From Octopus sinensis (taxonomy: Eukaryota), in assembly GCF_006345805.1 (NCBI RefSeq), contig NW_021836138.1, forward strand, positions 1 to 64,000: a DNA stretch of 64,000 nucleotides, given 5' to 3'. Below, in pieces: positions 50,386 through 64,000 of the stretch. Both the position numbers and the translations under genes were made by a program. The notes below the pieces were generated by a model that was not told the DNA's origin, did not search any database, and worked only from the letters and a program-made list of their open reading frames with translations. Within the stretch, counting starts at the first letter, position 1, and each line of letters opens with the position of its first letter.

Positions 50386-51530
50386 CTACGTTATATAATT
50401 ATGCTGTATATCTAGTTTGGAATAATTTTCCAGCCACCAACTCTGTAAAAGAGATGTCCAAAAGTACATTTGCATTAGTAGTCTTCTACTACATTCTCTC
50501 AGCATTTTGGGAATGTGAGGCAGGCATTTCCTGAGGCATTGTTAATGTTTCTAATTGTTTATATATATATTTATACGTTGCTGTATGTTGGTATTGCTGG
50601 TATAATTTGGTGTTTGTACAAATTTTCAAAGTCTGGGGTTTTGTGATGAGAATGATGACAATGAGGATTTTTCCAATTAATTACCACAATGCATCGAGAA
50701 ATATTAGCAACCATTCACACAACAGCCATGACACCATAGACATATTCTATGTTATCGGCATCACCGTTGTTGTCATCGTCATCGTCATCATTGTTCATAC
50801 AAGATTTTAATGTCTGCTTTTTTTTTTTACAATGGACTGATGTAATAAGAAGTGAAAAGTGAAAAGAAATTGTTAAAGTAAGCAAAAAATAATAAATTCA
50901 ATTCTTTTAAAATGCTTAGATGTGTTGACATGAAAGAGCATTATGGAAAAAAATACTATTACAGCAACAATACCTAAAGACATAATTCTTAGTTTATAGT
51001 ATTTTTTATTTGTTTTATTGAATCAGTTAAAGAAAAAATTGACTTTATGATGAAATAAAAATATAAATCAGAAGTAAGTACTAAAAATGTAATAAATGGG
51101 ACCAATCTAGCAAAAAGTAATTTATATTAGATTTTTTTTACTTATCAAATTTGTGAACTTAGTGTATTAAAATTGCTTGAAATCAATATCTTTTGTTACC
51201 AAGTAATATTGTTATTGTAGAAGCAGAATGGTTGCATGGATAAGCTATTAGACTGTCAATGTATTAGTTGTGTGTTCAATTTACTGCATCTGTTTTATTA
51301 TAGTTTGAGCATTTCCTTTTTGTTTATTTAAATCACAACCGGTTAAAAATAACATTATCAGGTACAAGTTTCCAATGCTTCAGCCACTGTATCTGTGATA
51401 GTAAGAATACCAGTGGAGTGTCTGTAACTCAGAGGAGAACAAACATCTGATGGTATCTCATTTTGAAAAGCCCAGGTACACAGTCTTACTTTCTGATTTT
51501 TATATATTTATAGGTTTTGTTAATATATCC

Positions 51531-51968
51531 ATAGGCACAGGAGTGGCTGTGTTGTAAGTATAGGCACAGGAGTGGCTGTGTGGTAAGTAGCTTGCTTACC
51601 AACTACATGTTTCCAGGTTCAGTCTCACTGTGTGACACCTTGGGCAAGTGTCTTCTACTATAGCCTCGGGCCGACCAAAGCCTTGTGAGTGGATTTGGTA
51701 GATGGAAACTGAAAGAAACCCATTGTATATATGTATATGTATATATATGTGTATGTTTGTGTGTCTGTGTTTGTCCCCTCAACATCGCTTGACAATCGAT
51801 ACTGGTGTGTTTACATCCCCATAACTCAGTGGTTTGGCAAAAAGACCCCGATAGAATAAGTACTGGGCTTACAAAGAATAAGTCTTGGGGTCGATTTGCT
51901 TGACTAAAGGCAGTGCTCCAGCATGGCCGCAGTCAAATGACTGAAACAAATAAAAGAGTAAAAGAGTT
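51531..51968 (+). mobile_element. CORE-type SINE with a 29-bp duplication at its 5' start
   Basis: ATAGGCACAGGAGTGGCTGTGT(T/G)GTAAGT occurs twice (51531-51588), followed by the full body. Confidence 0.9.
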
Positions 51969-52041
51969 AAACAATCACTAACTCTATAGATGTTTTGAAC
52001 CAGAATTCATGCAGGAAGAAGCTCTGAATCTTTTCAGAATA

Positions 52042-52082
<41 letters not shown>

Positions 52083-52369
52083 ATATGTATATATATATAT
52101 GCATGTGTTTGTTTGTGTGTATATGGTTGTGGTGGGGGTGGGGTGGGGGCTTCACTGGGTTTGAGTCCTTCCAGCAAATTTAAATTTTTCTCTCCAAAGA
52201 CTTTTTCAATCCAATGTTTACATACTATTATTTATAGCTTATTGTATGCTTTGAGATCCACTGTTCAAAAAAAGAAATTATTTTATGTTCCTTCGTAAGT
52301 TTATAAATTCTTATGTCAATTATTATTATTATTATTATTATTATTATCATCATTATTTATATTATAATT

Positions 52370-52570
52370 CAAGGCAGTAATCTGACAGAATAGTTAGCAT
52401 GCTGAACAAAATGCTTAGAAGTATTCCGTCTGTCTCCACTGAGACTGACTTTGCCTTTCATCCTTACAAGGTTGATAAAGTAAGTACCAGATAGACATTG
52501 CGGTTGATGTAATCAACTTGTACCCTTCCAAGAGCTGCTGGCCTTGTGCCAAAATTTGAAACCATTATTT
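52370..52570 (+). mobile_element. Diverged tRNA-derived SINE (14314 family)
   Basis: GACTTTGCCTTTCATCCTTACAAGGTTGATAAAG. Confidence 0.7.
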
Positions 52571-52661
52571 CTATTATTATTAATTTTCAAAAGTTTAATT
52601 TTATTGTGCTCTTTCACTGCACTGCCAACTATATGCCTTTGATATATGGAGATTTGTTGTG

Positions 52662-53063
52662 TGAGTGGCTGTGCGGCAAGTAGCTTACTTACCAACCACG
52701 TGGTTCCAGGTTCAGTCCCACTGCGTGGCACCTTGGGTAAGTGTCTTCTACTATAGCCTCAGGCCGACCAAAGCCTTGTGAGTGGATTTGGTAGATGGAA
52801 ACTGAAAGAAGCCCATTGTATATATGTATATATATATATATATGTATGTGTGTGTATATGATGTGTATCTGTGTTTGTCCTCCTAACATCACTTGACAAC
52901 CGATGCTGGTGTGTTTAGGTCCCCGTAACTTAGCGGTTCAGCAAAAGAGACCGATAGAATAAGTACCAGGCTTACAAAGAATAAGTCATGGGGTCAATTT
53001 GATTCAACTAAAGGTGGTGCTCCAGCATTAATGCAGTCAAATGACTGAAACAAGTAAAAGAGT
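52662..53063 (+). mobile_element. CORE-type SINE
   Basis: Full family match. Confidence 0.9.
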
Positions 53064-53739
53064 ATTGAAACTATCCAGTGTAATATTCTTGCCGTGCATA
53101 GCAGTGCTATTTTCTGCATGTTATGCATGTTTCTAAGTCCTGCCATCATGTATTTATCTGCATGATTTTTTCATTGTTCCCAAAGCATCTACTATTATAG
53201 GTGTTGTGTCTCTATTCAGGACCAACATTCATGCTATCTCTATTTCCAGATCTTTACAAGATTCACTTATTCACATTATTATTGTATCAGTTACATTTGT
53301 GGCAAAGGTTACTTTGTTTAATTAGAAGCCAACAGAAGTAGTCACACTAGTTACTTGACAAATAAAATATTTTGAAACAACCAGTTATTTTAAAATGGAT
53401 TAAGAGAATTTTATTTGTTTACAATTAAACAAGAGGTTCTTTCTTTTTCAAGTGCTAGAGGGCGTTTGAAGCTATTATCAAGTTAAAGAAAATTGCTAAA
53501 AAATAAATTTTCAGCATGTTTACCTGAGTTAACTCATGTTTAATGTGATCAGAAACATCACAAGAGAAGTGTCATGAAATTTGCAGAACATTTTATATGA
53601 AAAAATAGCTATTTGTGACTTTCCAATTTACAAGTCACTTATCATGCGTAATAATTTCCGTTGTTTTCTATTTAAATTCTAGTCATTTGCCTGAAACTCT
53701 ATTTCTCTGAGAAAACAGACAGACTCTCATGCACATTAC

Positions 53740-53773
<34 letters not shown>

Positions 53774-54339
53774 CACATGTCTGTATTACTGTAAAAGTTT
53801 GTCATCATCAAAAATTAACCAGGTTTGTTCTATTTGGAATGAAGTTCAAAAGCAGAAAACCATTTTCAAATACTTTTTTCCTGATTTTAAATTGAATGTC
53901 TTAATTTTATATATTCTTATAAATAATTAATTATTTCATGGGTGGCTAATGAAGGCTGTACTGTAAATGACAGTAACACAGCCAGTGTAGTGAGATTTAA
54001 CAATGAGTACAGCAATGGATTTCTTTCCTATTTATTTTAGTTCTCCTGAGCAGTTTAATACTAGCTGCTGATGGAAACTTTTGTATGCTAATGTGGGATG
54101 ACATCAGCAGCTGGGGAGCTGACCAGAAGAGGAAGGGGCAGAAGTGACGTGCGCGCAGGCAGGGCAGCATTGGGCCTTTTTGATCGAGGTAGCCAACGGA
54201 GTTGGACATGTGAGCGCTTTGTTAAGGCAAGGGGAAAGCAGCTGCTATTTCTAGCGTTCAGGTTGGACCGCGTGGAAGGGTGCATTACCACTGGAGAAGT
54301 CTCCGTCGACGACGAGAAGGTAGGTGTCCTTATTTCAAA

Positions 54340-55450
54340 TCTCCCGCATACACCACAGTTGATGGCCATGTTTTTAAAGCAGAAATTCCAGACATATAAG
54401 CAAAACCTGGAATTGAAGGGCATTGAGGTAAAATTAACTAAGAGAAAGATAAGGATAAGTGGAAAAACAGACAGGATTCTAATGCCATCGTGAAAATGGC
54501 CATGCCTGGTGTGCAGGAAGATGCTGGTTGAAATTTTCATAGATTGTGTCTAGTGTAGGTAATAGACACACAAAAGGTGTGGTGGATCTAAGAGAGCTTA
54601 CCAACAATGCTAGCCTTCATATGCTCCAGGTTGTACAGTGAACCCAAGAAATAAGTTCTCTCAATTGCTCCTAGCAGTAGTTAACATGTTTTTTATTTCC
54701 TAGGTGACTTAATCAGCAGTAGAAGTGGATTCTTTGAAAGCATTGTAACCAGATTAAGAAGGGACAGAAAACTGTTCAGAGAGCCCATAACCTTTGTTGG
54801 GAAATAAGGGCCTCTCTCTCTCTGGAAGTGACAGGCAGATTGTATGATGCATGCACATGTAGTGTAAAGCTTCATGGTAGCATGGCCTGGGTAGCGAGGG
54901 TGGTGGGCTGGCAGAAACATTAGCACACCGGGCGAAATACTTAGTGGTATTTTGTCTGCCACTACATTCTGAGTTCAAATTCTGCTGAGGTCAACTTTGC
55001 CTTTCATCCTTTCGGGGTTGATTAAATAAGTACCAGTTACACACTGGGGTCAATATAATCGACTTAATCCGTTTGTCTGTCCTTGTTTGTCCCTTCAGTG
55101 TGTAGCCCCTTGTGGGTAGTAAAGAAATAGATAGTATCAAGTGGGCTCTAAAGATGGAGGAACTGTGAAGGTGTGAAAGAAATGAGGTATGCATGCTTCC
55201 CTGAATGTGTAATGTCAGTTTGCATAAACTGCATAGTAGAAATGACCTGAGAGAAATGAGATGGATAAGAAGAATCAGATGTAGTTTGCAAAAGAGAAGA
55301 ATGCATTACTAAAGACATGTTGCATATGGATGAGAGGAGCTGCATAAAATGTGCCAAACACTTAAAGTGGATGGTGGAAAAGGAGGAAATGGGAGAAAGT
55401 GATGAAAAGTGGAATCAAGATGCTGAACCTCACAAAGGAGATGACAACAT
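54340..55450 (+). pseudogene. RTE-clade LINE ORF2 remnants, split by a SINE at 54885-55130
   Basis: QKFQTYKQNLELKGIEVKLTK..SGKTDRILMPS*KWPCLVCRK..THKRC at 54370-54580. A C-terminal block resembling RC.VQERRL..H..RMDE..C.KKC lies at 55255-55350. Stops and frameshifts are present. Confidence 0.7.
54885..55130 (+). mobile_element. tRNA-derived SINE (14314 family)
   Basis: GGGCTGGCAGAAACATTAGCACACCGGGCGAAAT..AGCCCCTTGTGGGTAG. Confidence 0.9.
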
Positions 55451-55479
55451 CCTGAACTAGGGAAAACATGCCCTCTTAG

Positions 55480-55880
55480 GTAATCCTTTCTACTATAGGC
55501 ACAAGGCCTGAAATTTGGTGGGAAGGGCCCAGTTGATTAGATCGACCCCAGTACGCAACAGGTACTTAATTTATTGACCAAGAAAGGATGAAAGACAAAG
55601 TCAACTTCAACAGAATTTGAACTCAGAATGCAGCAACAGGCAAAATACTTATTTCTTTATTGCCCACAAGGGGCTAGACATAGAGGGGACAAACAAGGAC
55701 AGACAAAGGGATTAAGTCGATTACATCGACCCCAGTGTGTAACTGGTACTTAATTTATCAACCCTGAAAGGATGAAAGGCAAAGTTGACCTCGGCGGAAT
55801 TTGAACTCACAACATAACGGCAGACGAAATACTGTGAAGCATTTCGCCCGGCGTGCTAATGATTCTGCCAGCTCTCTGCC
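55480..55880 (-). mobile_element. Two adjacent or nested copies of the 14314-family SINE
   Basis: 55480-55645 and 55648-55880 each contain GAAAGGATGAAAG(G/A)CAAAGT. Confidence 0.85.
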
Positions 55881-55929
55881 TTTGCCTTCTTAAGTAATGG
55901 CAAAAAGAAATCTAACTAGGAGAATGCTA

Positions 55930-56635
55930 TTACTGTATTCACCCACAGCTTCTTTCATGCTTCTCTCCCACAATTCTCTCTTACGGCCTGCCTCTCCAAA
56001 CTGCTCTCTTTGCTTTTATTCTCTGCTCTCTTTCTCAACCTCTGTGATACCTCTTCCCTCCAACCTCTCTTTATCTTTCTTCTCTTAATAAATTCATCCT
56101 CAACTCTGCTAATTCCTATGGTACTTTCCACCCTTTCTTTCTCTTTCTGCTCTTCCACTCATCCTTTGCTCCACTCCTACCTCCCTTTTTCTCATCATCC
56201 TCTCTTGGTTCCTAACTCTATGACACCTTATTGTTTCTTTGTCTCTTTCATCACTTCTGTGATATGATACATGCCATCTTTTCTTTGTCTTGACCCCCCA
56301 CCTGTATGATACCCTCCAAACTCTGTCTCTTTCCTTTTCTTCCTCTCACTGTCATCTCTCTGCAGCTTCCCTATCATGGGAAGCTTTCTCTGCATTTTTA
56401 CTCTACTCTTTCTCCATCTTTCTATTTCTCTCCAGCCCTTCTTGCTCCCACATCCTCTTCCTTTTTCCTTCACTTTACCCTCCCTTCAAAGCTTCCCCAC
56501 CATCTCAGCTCCCTCTCTAGCCTACCTCCATTATCCCACAATTCACTTCTTCTCTTAATTAGCCCTCTTCAGATTCCTTGCCACCCTCACCTATTTTCTC
56601 TTTCATTTTATCTTTCTTTACACTCTCTGCCCATA
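55930..56635. repeat. Polypyrimidine (CT-rich) low-complexity tract
   Basis: Direct reading; the S/L/P/F-rich ORFs are compositional. Confidence 0.75.
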
Positions 56636-56637
56636 CT

Positions 56638-57195
56638 TCATCATCATCATCATCGTTTAACGTCCGCTTTCCATGCTAGCATGGGTTGGACGATTTGACT
56701 GAGGACTGGCAAACCAGATGGCTGCACCAGGCTCCAATCTGATCTGGCAGAGTTCCTAGCATGGGTTGGACGATTTGACTGAGGACTGGCGAACCTGATG
56801 GCTGCACCAGGCTCCAATCTGATCTGGCAGAGTTCCTAGCATGGGTTGGACGATTTGACTGAGGACTGGTGAACCTGATGGCTGCACCAGGCTCCAATCT
56901 GATCTGGCAGAGTTCCTACAGCTGGATGCCATTCCTAATGCCAACCACTCTGAGAGTGCAGTGGGTGCTTTTACGTGCCAGGCGGTACTCAAAATGGCCA
57001 TGCTCAAATGGTGTTTTTTATGTGCCACCTGCACAGGAGCCAGTCCAGCAGTAATGGCAACGACCTTGCTTGAATGCTTTCTCATGTGCCAGTAAGGTGA
57101 CTCTGCAGCACTGGCAATGACTTCGCCCGAATGTTTTTCCATGTGCCAGTAAATTGCTTGGCATTAGGAAGGGCATCTGGCCATAGAAACCCTAC
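56638..57195 (-). mobile_element. RTE-type retroposon 3' end with an internal 3 x 80-bp tandem triplication (56676-56915)
   Basis: CTAGCATGGGTTGGACG at 56676, 56756 and 56836. Confidence 0.9.
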
Positions 57196-58044
57196 CAAAA
57201 CAGAGACATAAGAGTATAATGTTGCTCTCTGATTTATCATATCTTTTTCAAACAGATAGCATGGGAAGTATGCATAAAATGATAAGGAGGGGGGAGGGGA
57301 GGAGGAAGATAAGGATGGGAGAAGGAGGAGTGGGAGACGGAGAAGGACTACGATGACACTGATGGTGGATGTGGTAGTGATGGTGGTGGTGGTAATGATG
57401 CTGAGACTATGATGATGATGATGATGATGATGATGAGGATGACGGTGATGATGATAATGATGATGATGATAACAGCAATATAACTGTCATCGTCATGATG
57501 CTGAGGCCTAATCAATCAAGATCCCTACATGAAATAAAATATATTGTCATCATAACCTAACAGCTACTTCAGAATACTGTTTAACACCTTTCTGATTTTT
57601 TTATGTTTGTCAGAATTTAATTTCTGATATCTTAAAGGTAAGTAACACTTATACATGACATATTAAATTAATGACTATAAGAATAAAATTTTTCAACTAC
57701 TTATTGTGGTTTTGTCATTAAAAGATCATTTGATGTCTTAGCCAACTGAAAGTAGATTAATCTAAATTTACTGCAACAAATTTGGTCAGGAATTGGAAAT
57801 CTTGTTTTCTATTATGAGTTTACCGAATCTACCTATAAAAGTCACTTTTAATCTAAGCTGGCCGATTGACTTTTTAATAATACATAGTTATTGCTATTGC
57901 TAGATAGGCCAGCTTATTTCTGACTCAGTAAGACGTTTAGCAGAAAAAAGTAGCAAATACTAGACTTAAGGGTAACCCTTTGATTTCTCACTCTAAATGT
58001 TGAGAGTGATTCATTCGAGACTGGATGAAAAATTTTACATTTCA

Positions 58045-58475
58045 CTCTTTTACTTGTTTCAGTCATTTGACTGCGGCCATGCTGGAGCACCGCCTTTAGT
58101 TGTGTAAATCGACCATAGGACTTATTCTTTAGAAGCCTAGTGCTTATTCTATCAGATGTTTGCGTGAGTGTGTGTGTGTAGGTGTGTGTTTGTGTGTGTT
58201 TGTGCGTGTGTGTGGGCAGGTGTTTGAGTGTGTGTGTGCGGTGTGTGTGATGTAGGGATGTGTGTGTGGTGGTGGTGGGGCAGCTGTTTGTGTCTGTGTT
58301 TGTCTACCACCATCACCACTTGACATCCCTGTAACCTAGCACTTCAGTTAAAGAGACCAATAGAATAGATACCATGCTTAAAAGATTAAGTATTGGATTC
58401 AATTAATTCGAGGCAGTGCTCCAGCATGGATGTAGTCTAATGACTAAAACATGTAAAAGATTAAAGATAAAAAGA
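58045..58475. mobile_element. Two CORE-type SINE 3' halves in opposite orientation around a (GT)n tract
   Basis: Minus-strand tail at 58045-58152; more diverged plus-strand tail at 58285-58475. Confidence 0.7.
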
Positions 58476-58739
58476 GTTGAATCCAATCCATGATTCAAAC
58501 TGGATATTTCAATTACAATCTCTATAGTCTTAATTACTCTTTATCAATTTACCGAATCTGTATGTTAATTAAAAGTTCTCTCTGACTTCTATAATTTTAA
58601 TTCCATTTCTATGTCTTGGTGAAATTAGATGTAGCCTTGTATTTCCTAAATTAAGGCTTGAGACTTGCCTCACATTCAATATATTTCTTATAAGCAGAAA
58701 ACAACCCCTATTATCAATATATAGGCATCATATTCTTTA

Positions 58740-59197
58740 GGCACATCTTAAAGAGACAATGTTGAATCTCTCAGATGCTCAAAATGTTCTCCTTGAACAT
58801 TGCAACATTCTTCAAACCTCTTTAGAACCCCCCGACACACAGTGCAGCACAAATTCCAATCTTCATCAATTTCAGTGAATGCATCAGAAATGTAATCTTT
58901 TAATTCATTTACTGTTTTGAGATTCTTCTCATAAACTTTGTTCTTTACAACACCCCAAAGAAAGAAATCTATTGGTGTCAGGTCAGGTGAATGTGCTGGC
59001 CATTCAATGCTGCCCCATCTTTCAAACCAATGCTGTGGAAAGGCTTGGTTAAGGTAGTCTCTTACCGTCAACACATAATATGGGGGTGCTCCATCTTACT
59101 GAAAAAACAGTTCATGAAAGTTAGCTTTGGTTCTGAGTTGTGGTACTACCACATCACAAAGCATTTCCAACTGCAAACCTACTTTGGGGCCACCCTG
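58740..59197 (-). pseudogene. Tc1/mariner transposase C-terminal fragment, DD41D (rosa-type) spacing, internally deleted element
   Basis: FFQ*DGAPPYYVLTVRDYLNQAF..WPAHSPDLTPIDFFLWGVVKNKVY, with 41 residues between the second and third catalytic Asp by manual count. TIR-like CAGGGTGGCCCC with TA at 59198-99. Confidence 0.85.
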
Positions 59198-59199
59198 TA

Positions 59200-59405
59200 T
59201 AAGGCTGTGAGCATGCTGGGTAAAACACTAAACAGCATTTCATTTGTCCTTATGTACTTAGTTCAAATTTCATGGAGGTTCACTTTGCTTTTTCATCCTC
59301 ACAGGATCGATAAAATAAGTACATGTTGAGCCCTGGGGTGAATGTAGTCAACTTACCCCATTCCCACGAACTTGTTGGCCTTGTACCAAACTTTGAAACT
59401 AATAT
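59200..59405 (+). mobile_element. Diverged tRNA-derived SINE (14314 family)
   Basis: CACTTTGCTTTTTCATCCTCACAGGATCGATAAAATAAGTAC. Confidence 0.65.
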
Positions 59406-60617
59406 TTAGGTATGGATGTGATGAGGAACATTGCCTCCCAACCATGTCATTCTGTATTCAGTTCCACTGTATGGCACCACAAGAAACATTCTATAACCTC
59501 GGGCCAACAAAAGCCTTGTGAAAGGAATAGCTTGACAGAAAATGAAAGAAACACATTGTAAGAATGAATTTTGTGTATTTAAAGTTGAATTGTTGATGTA
59601 ACCATGGTGTTCTAATGATCTGATGAGCTGGCTTTCTTTTACATTAATTCGCAAATATACAGTTGCATTCTGTAATAATGACCATATGTACCACTGGTAG
59701 TATGAATGCGTAATTTCTTGCATTCTGAAATTAATACTACATAAAGAAATTTGCTAAACATTCTTAATTTTATGGAAATCACTTGATTAAATAAATAAAT
59801 GCATATTCAACTCACAAACTTTCTGTTAATTTAATTTGTCCTTAGTCAAAAGACGCCTGTTGTTATGTCTGGTTAATTATATTTGTGTAACATTTCTGTT
59901 TTTTTTTTTTCTATCCTTGTTTCGTATACATTCGCTGCTTTCTTCCAAGGAATGTAATGCTCTTAGCTTATTTTTCCTTGGAGCTGATCAGATTGGAGTA
60001 ATCTCAACTATAACCAGCCGAAATTGCAAAGATAATCTGGAACTTGACTGAGAATAGAAAACTCCGAATGATCCGTCCTTGTTTTCCTTGTATCGTCTGT
60101 CTGGATATTTTGTTTTCCTTTTTTTGATTCACCTAACTGTCCGGATGTTTTGCATTGTTAATGCTGAAGGTGGTTTTATAGAAAAGAAGGTTTATTTTTA
60201 TCCTCATAGCATATTTTGATAAATAAAGTTATTATCTGTTACTATATATCTGTTTTTTATAAACATAAATCTATCCTCAAATATCTTATGCACCCTGTAT
60301 ATATATATAGTCAAGAGGTATGAAAGGTGAATATATTTATTTAACCACTTGTCATCCTTAGGATTACTGCTGTTTTGCAGCCTTCTTCATGCAATAATAA
60401 TTTCAGCATATAATAAATTATGTTTACATGTCATGTTTGCACTAATATACTTGCTATGCATTATACAATACAATTGTATAGTCATAAAGCAAAGCAGATA
60501 AGCAGGCTAGCAAATCACATCAGCAGAACAGCATTAATAACTGCATAATATATCTATAACCCATTTGATTAATGTAAAATTGTTTTTATTATAATTGAAC
60601 ATTAAAAAAATTAATAC

Positions 60618-60619
<2 letters not shown>

Positions 60620-60650
<31 letters not shown>

Positions 60651-61288
60651 TGTATGTATGTATGTTTGTATGTATGTATGTATGTATGTATGTATGTATG
60701 TATGTATGTATGTATGTTTGTATGTATGTATGTATGTATGTATGTATGTATGTATGTATGTATGTTTGTATGTATGTATGTTTGTATGTATGTATGTATG
60801 TATGTATGTAGGTATGTATGTGTGTGTGTGTATGTATGTATGTATTTATGCATGTATGTATGTATGTATGTAAGTATGTGTGTACGTATGTATGTATGTA
60901 TGTATGTATGTATGTATGTATGTATTTATGTATGTATGTATGTATATATGCATGTATGTATGTATGTATGTATGTATGTGTGTGTATGTATGTATGTTTG
61001 TATGTATGTATTTGTGCATGTATGTATGCATGTATGTATGTATGTATGTATGTATGTATGTATGTATGTATGTATGTATGTATGTATGTGTGTATGTGTA
61101 TGTATGTATTTATGTATATATGTATATTTGTATGTATGTATGTATGTATCTATGTATGTTTGTATGTATGTATGTATGTATATATGTATGTATGTATGAA
61201 TGTAAGTGTGTATGTATGTGTGTATGTATGTATGTATGTATGTATGTATGTATGTATGTATGTATGTATGTATGTATATATGTATGTT

Positions 61289-61320
<32 letters not shown>

Positions 61321-61330
61321 TGTATGTTTG
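60620..61330. repeat. (TATG)n tetranucleotide array
   Basis: Direct reading. Confidence 0.97.
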
Positions 61331-61533
61331 TATTATAGTTGTAAGTGAGAATCACTGTCATGTATGCAGTGTCGTTTGTTTTTAGTCTTACATGAATTCA
61401 TGTCTAGCCATGAGGAATTATTAGTTTGCTTAGAAATCAATGAGGGTTGCCAATATGAAGTGTATCTAACCAGAGAAAATCTGCTTCAGCACTTTCCACC
61501 TAACCCATGCAAGCTTGGAAAAATGAATGTTAA

Positions 61534-61754
61534 CCCTTTAGTGTTCGCATTATTCTGCCAAAATTAATGCTTCTTTATCCACATTGTTTTGAGCTAATCA
61601 TGCATTATCTTGTAACTATGAGATTTTGATGTGGTAGCTGTTAATTTTTAAAACAATATTGTAGGGTTGGTGTGAGAGACCAGATATGGCCAGTTTGAAC
61701 ATAAAACAGGCAGAATACTTTTGGCCGGATATGGCCAGTTTAAATGCGAAAGGG
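61534..61754. mobile_element. piggyBac-type MITE
   Basis: TTAA|CCCTTT (61530-61539) and AAAGGG|TTAA (61749-61758). Confidence 0.7.
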
Positions 61755-62009
61755 TTAAAGCAATTACGATGACAATGCTGCTGCTGCTGATGATGGTTTT
61801 CTTATCAGTCAATTAGGATGTAACAAGGAGAAACTTAGCAATGACCAGCTCTCATTTCCCCAACAGAATCTGAAAGTCAAAGTCAATCCCAAAATTTTTC
61901 ATCTTAGAATATGGTGGGAGACAAAACTAAATACTTGAAGACATTTCTTCCACTATTGTTTCTTTTCTTCTTCATCATTCCCTAAGTGAAGAAAGACAAT
62001 AATTTTTAT

Positions 62010-62395
62010 CATCAGACACCTACCATATTCTGAGCGCCTTGTTTCCCTGGGCATGGATTCACTGAAGCTCCGGCGTCTGGCGACGGACTTGGTAAACACC
62101 CACAAAGTTATCAACCACCTCACCAACAACAACACTGAACACCTTTTTGATCTCCATGTGTCTAACACACGTGGACATGCCTACAAAGTCAGAAAACAAC
62201 ACAGCTCCCATGACTTTCGGAAACATTTTTTCACACTCAGAGTTGCTGAAGCATGGAATAAACTACCTGCGTCAGTTGTTAACTGCCATGACACTGCATC
62301 CTTTAAGGCCCTCATGCTTTCCGAAATCCGCCGAAACTACACCTGATTATATATAGACTTTAGATGAGTTGTAGTGCACCTGAGCACTGTACACA

Positions 62396-62433
<38 letters not shown>
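62010..62433 (+). pseudogene. CR1/L2-group LINE 5'-truncated 3' end with (ATT)n tail
   Basis: LPYSERLVSLGMDSLKLRRLATDL..TRGHAYKVRK..RKHFFTLRVAEAWNKLPASVV; (TTA)n at 62395-62433. Confidence 0.85.
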
Positions 62434-62434
<1 letters not shown>

Positions 62435-62485
62435 GTGGTTTTGAGAAAAATTCAAGAAATGAGTGATGTTTTGAAATAGGGAAGA

Positions 62486-62866
62486 GGCCTGGCTTTGTGG
62501 TAAGAAGCTTGCTTCCCACCCATATGGTTCAGGTTTCAATCCCACTGCATGGCACCTTGGGCAAGTGTCTTCTACTATAGCCTTAGGCTGACTAAAACCT
62601 TGTGAATAGATATGGTAGATGGAAACTGAAAGAAGCCCATCATGTATATATGTATATATCTTTGTGTGTCTCTGTTTGTCCCCGCCATCATTGCTTGACA
62701 ACTGATGTCAGTGTGTTTACATCCCTGTAACTTGGCAGTTTGGCAAAAGAGACTGATAGAATAAGTACTAGGCTTACAAAGAATAAGTCATGGAGTTTAC
62801 TTGTTCGACTAAAGGCGGTGCTCCAGAATGGCCATAGTCAAATAACTGAAAAGAATAAAAGAATAA
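62486..62866 (+). mobile_element. CORE-type SINE
   Basis: Family match. Confidence 0.85.
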
Positions 62867-63114
62867 GTTTAAATCTGGAACTGAATGAAAAAGCAAATCC
62901 ACATATTGTTCCAACACACACACACACACTCACACACACAGACACACACACCTACACACACAAAGAGAAAAATGGTGAACGAAATAAACTAAGATAAGAA
63001 TTGATGTCTGAGAATGTCTAGAAAAGATATAGGTTGTTCATGACTTTCCAAAGGCTGTATTAAAGTTAATGCTGATTTGTCAAGATTTTACAGCATATTT
63101 AATTGCAACATCTC

Positions 63115-63575
63115 AGACATACATAAATACATACACACATACATACACACATATATATATATATACACTTACACACATATATACACACACATACATACAT
63201 ACACACAGATACACATACATACATGCATATGAACACAAATATATATGTGTCCGTATTCATATATATGTATACTCATATATTCATGCATACTTCCCTATAT
63301 ACTTACAAATATATTCATATATACTTATATATAAATATATATATATACACACACAGATATATATATACACATATATATACATATATGTATATATATAAAT
63401 ATGTATTTATATATATATATCTATATCTATCTATCTATATATATATATATATAGATATATATATATATATATATATATATAATAATATATATATATACAT
63501 ATATATATATATATGTATGTATGTGTGTGTGTGTGTGTGTGGTGTGTGTGTGTGTTGTGTGTGTGTATGCATGCA
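63115..63575. repeat. Mixed (CA)/(TA)/(GT) microsatellites
   Basis: Direct reading. Confidence 0.9.
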
Positions 63576-63736
63576 ATATTGTCAGTATTTAATTAATTCC
63601 AGTTAGACGAAAGGTCAATTGCCCTACTGGCGTATAGTAAAAAGAGCAATAAGATATAAAATACCACAAGGTATATATTGTATCTTTCAAAACGTTCTTG
63701 AACGATTTCCTTTTACCATGACAATAATAATTCTTT

Positions 63737-63781
<45 letters not shown>

Positions 63782-64000
63782 GTATATATATATATATGTA
63801 TGTATATTTACAAAGCAAGCTTTTTTTATCAGAAAAAAAGTAGCTTTATCATTTGATCATAGTAAATTATTTACTTATTTAATAAAAGCCTGGGAGATGA
63901 ATGTCATACAAACTCTGATGAGATTTAAAGAGAAACGCTAGAATTACCGGAAACTAGTGATGATATTTTTACTTACTATGTGAAAAAAGCAGAAAATCCT

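Noticed and set aside
54098-54493. 131-aa ORF as a host gene
   Set aside because: Its 3' part is RTE LINE ORF2 debris, and the 5' part has no recognisable domain.
63911-63945. CTGATGA..GAAAC hammerhead-like motif
   Set aside because: No stem II pairing, no GUH site and no stem I complement.

Overview
AT-rich, repeat-dominated eukaryotic DNA. The SINE and LINE families resemble octopus (coleoid cephalopod) elements as I recall them; this is an inference and no database search was run. I found no host protein-coding gene I can support. Almost all ORFs in the supplied track are artefacts of microsatellites or minisatellites. Supported content: (1) a nearly full-length but frameshifted Helitron Rep/PIF1-helicase gene on the minus strand (~7200-11663). 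(2) Several Penelope-like retroelement (PLE) remnants, including a ~4.9 kb multiply inverted locus (19075-23960) with a GIY-YIG endonuclease. (3) Type I hammerhead ribozyme folds: two complete (4452-4502, 23817-23859), one mirror copy and several variant or partial ones. (4) DNA-transposon derivatives: two inverted pogo/Tigger-like MITEs, a DD41D (rosa-type) Tc1/mariner fragment, a piggyBac-type MITE, and a Merlin-like MITE with an 8-bp TSD that carries TTAGGG repeats. (5) About 25 tRNA-derived SINE or retroposon-tail copies, plus CR1/L2, RTE and R4/Dong-like LINE remnants. (6) Many tandem arrays. The most unusual observations are the hammerhead set with differing palindromic stem III sequences, a transition-hypermutated patch at a PLE inversion point (RNA-editing footprint or long-read artefact), the telomere-repeat-bearing MITE family, and a 3-kb array of POU octamer motifs. 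Homopolymer indels suggest the assembly may be imperfectly polished.
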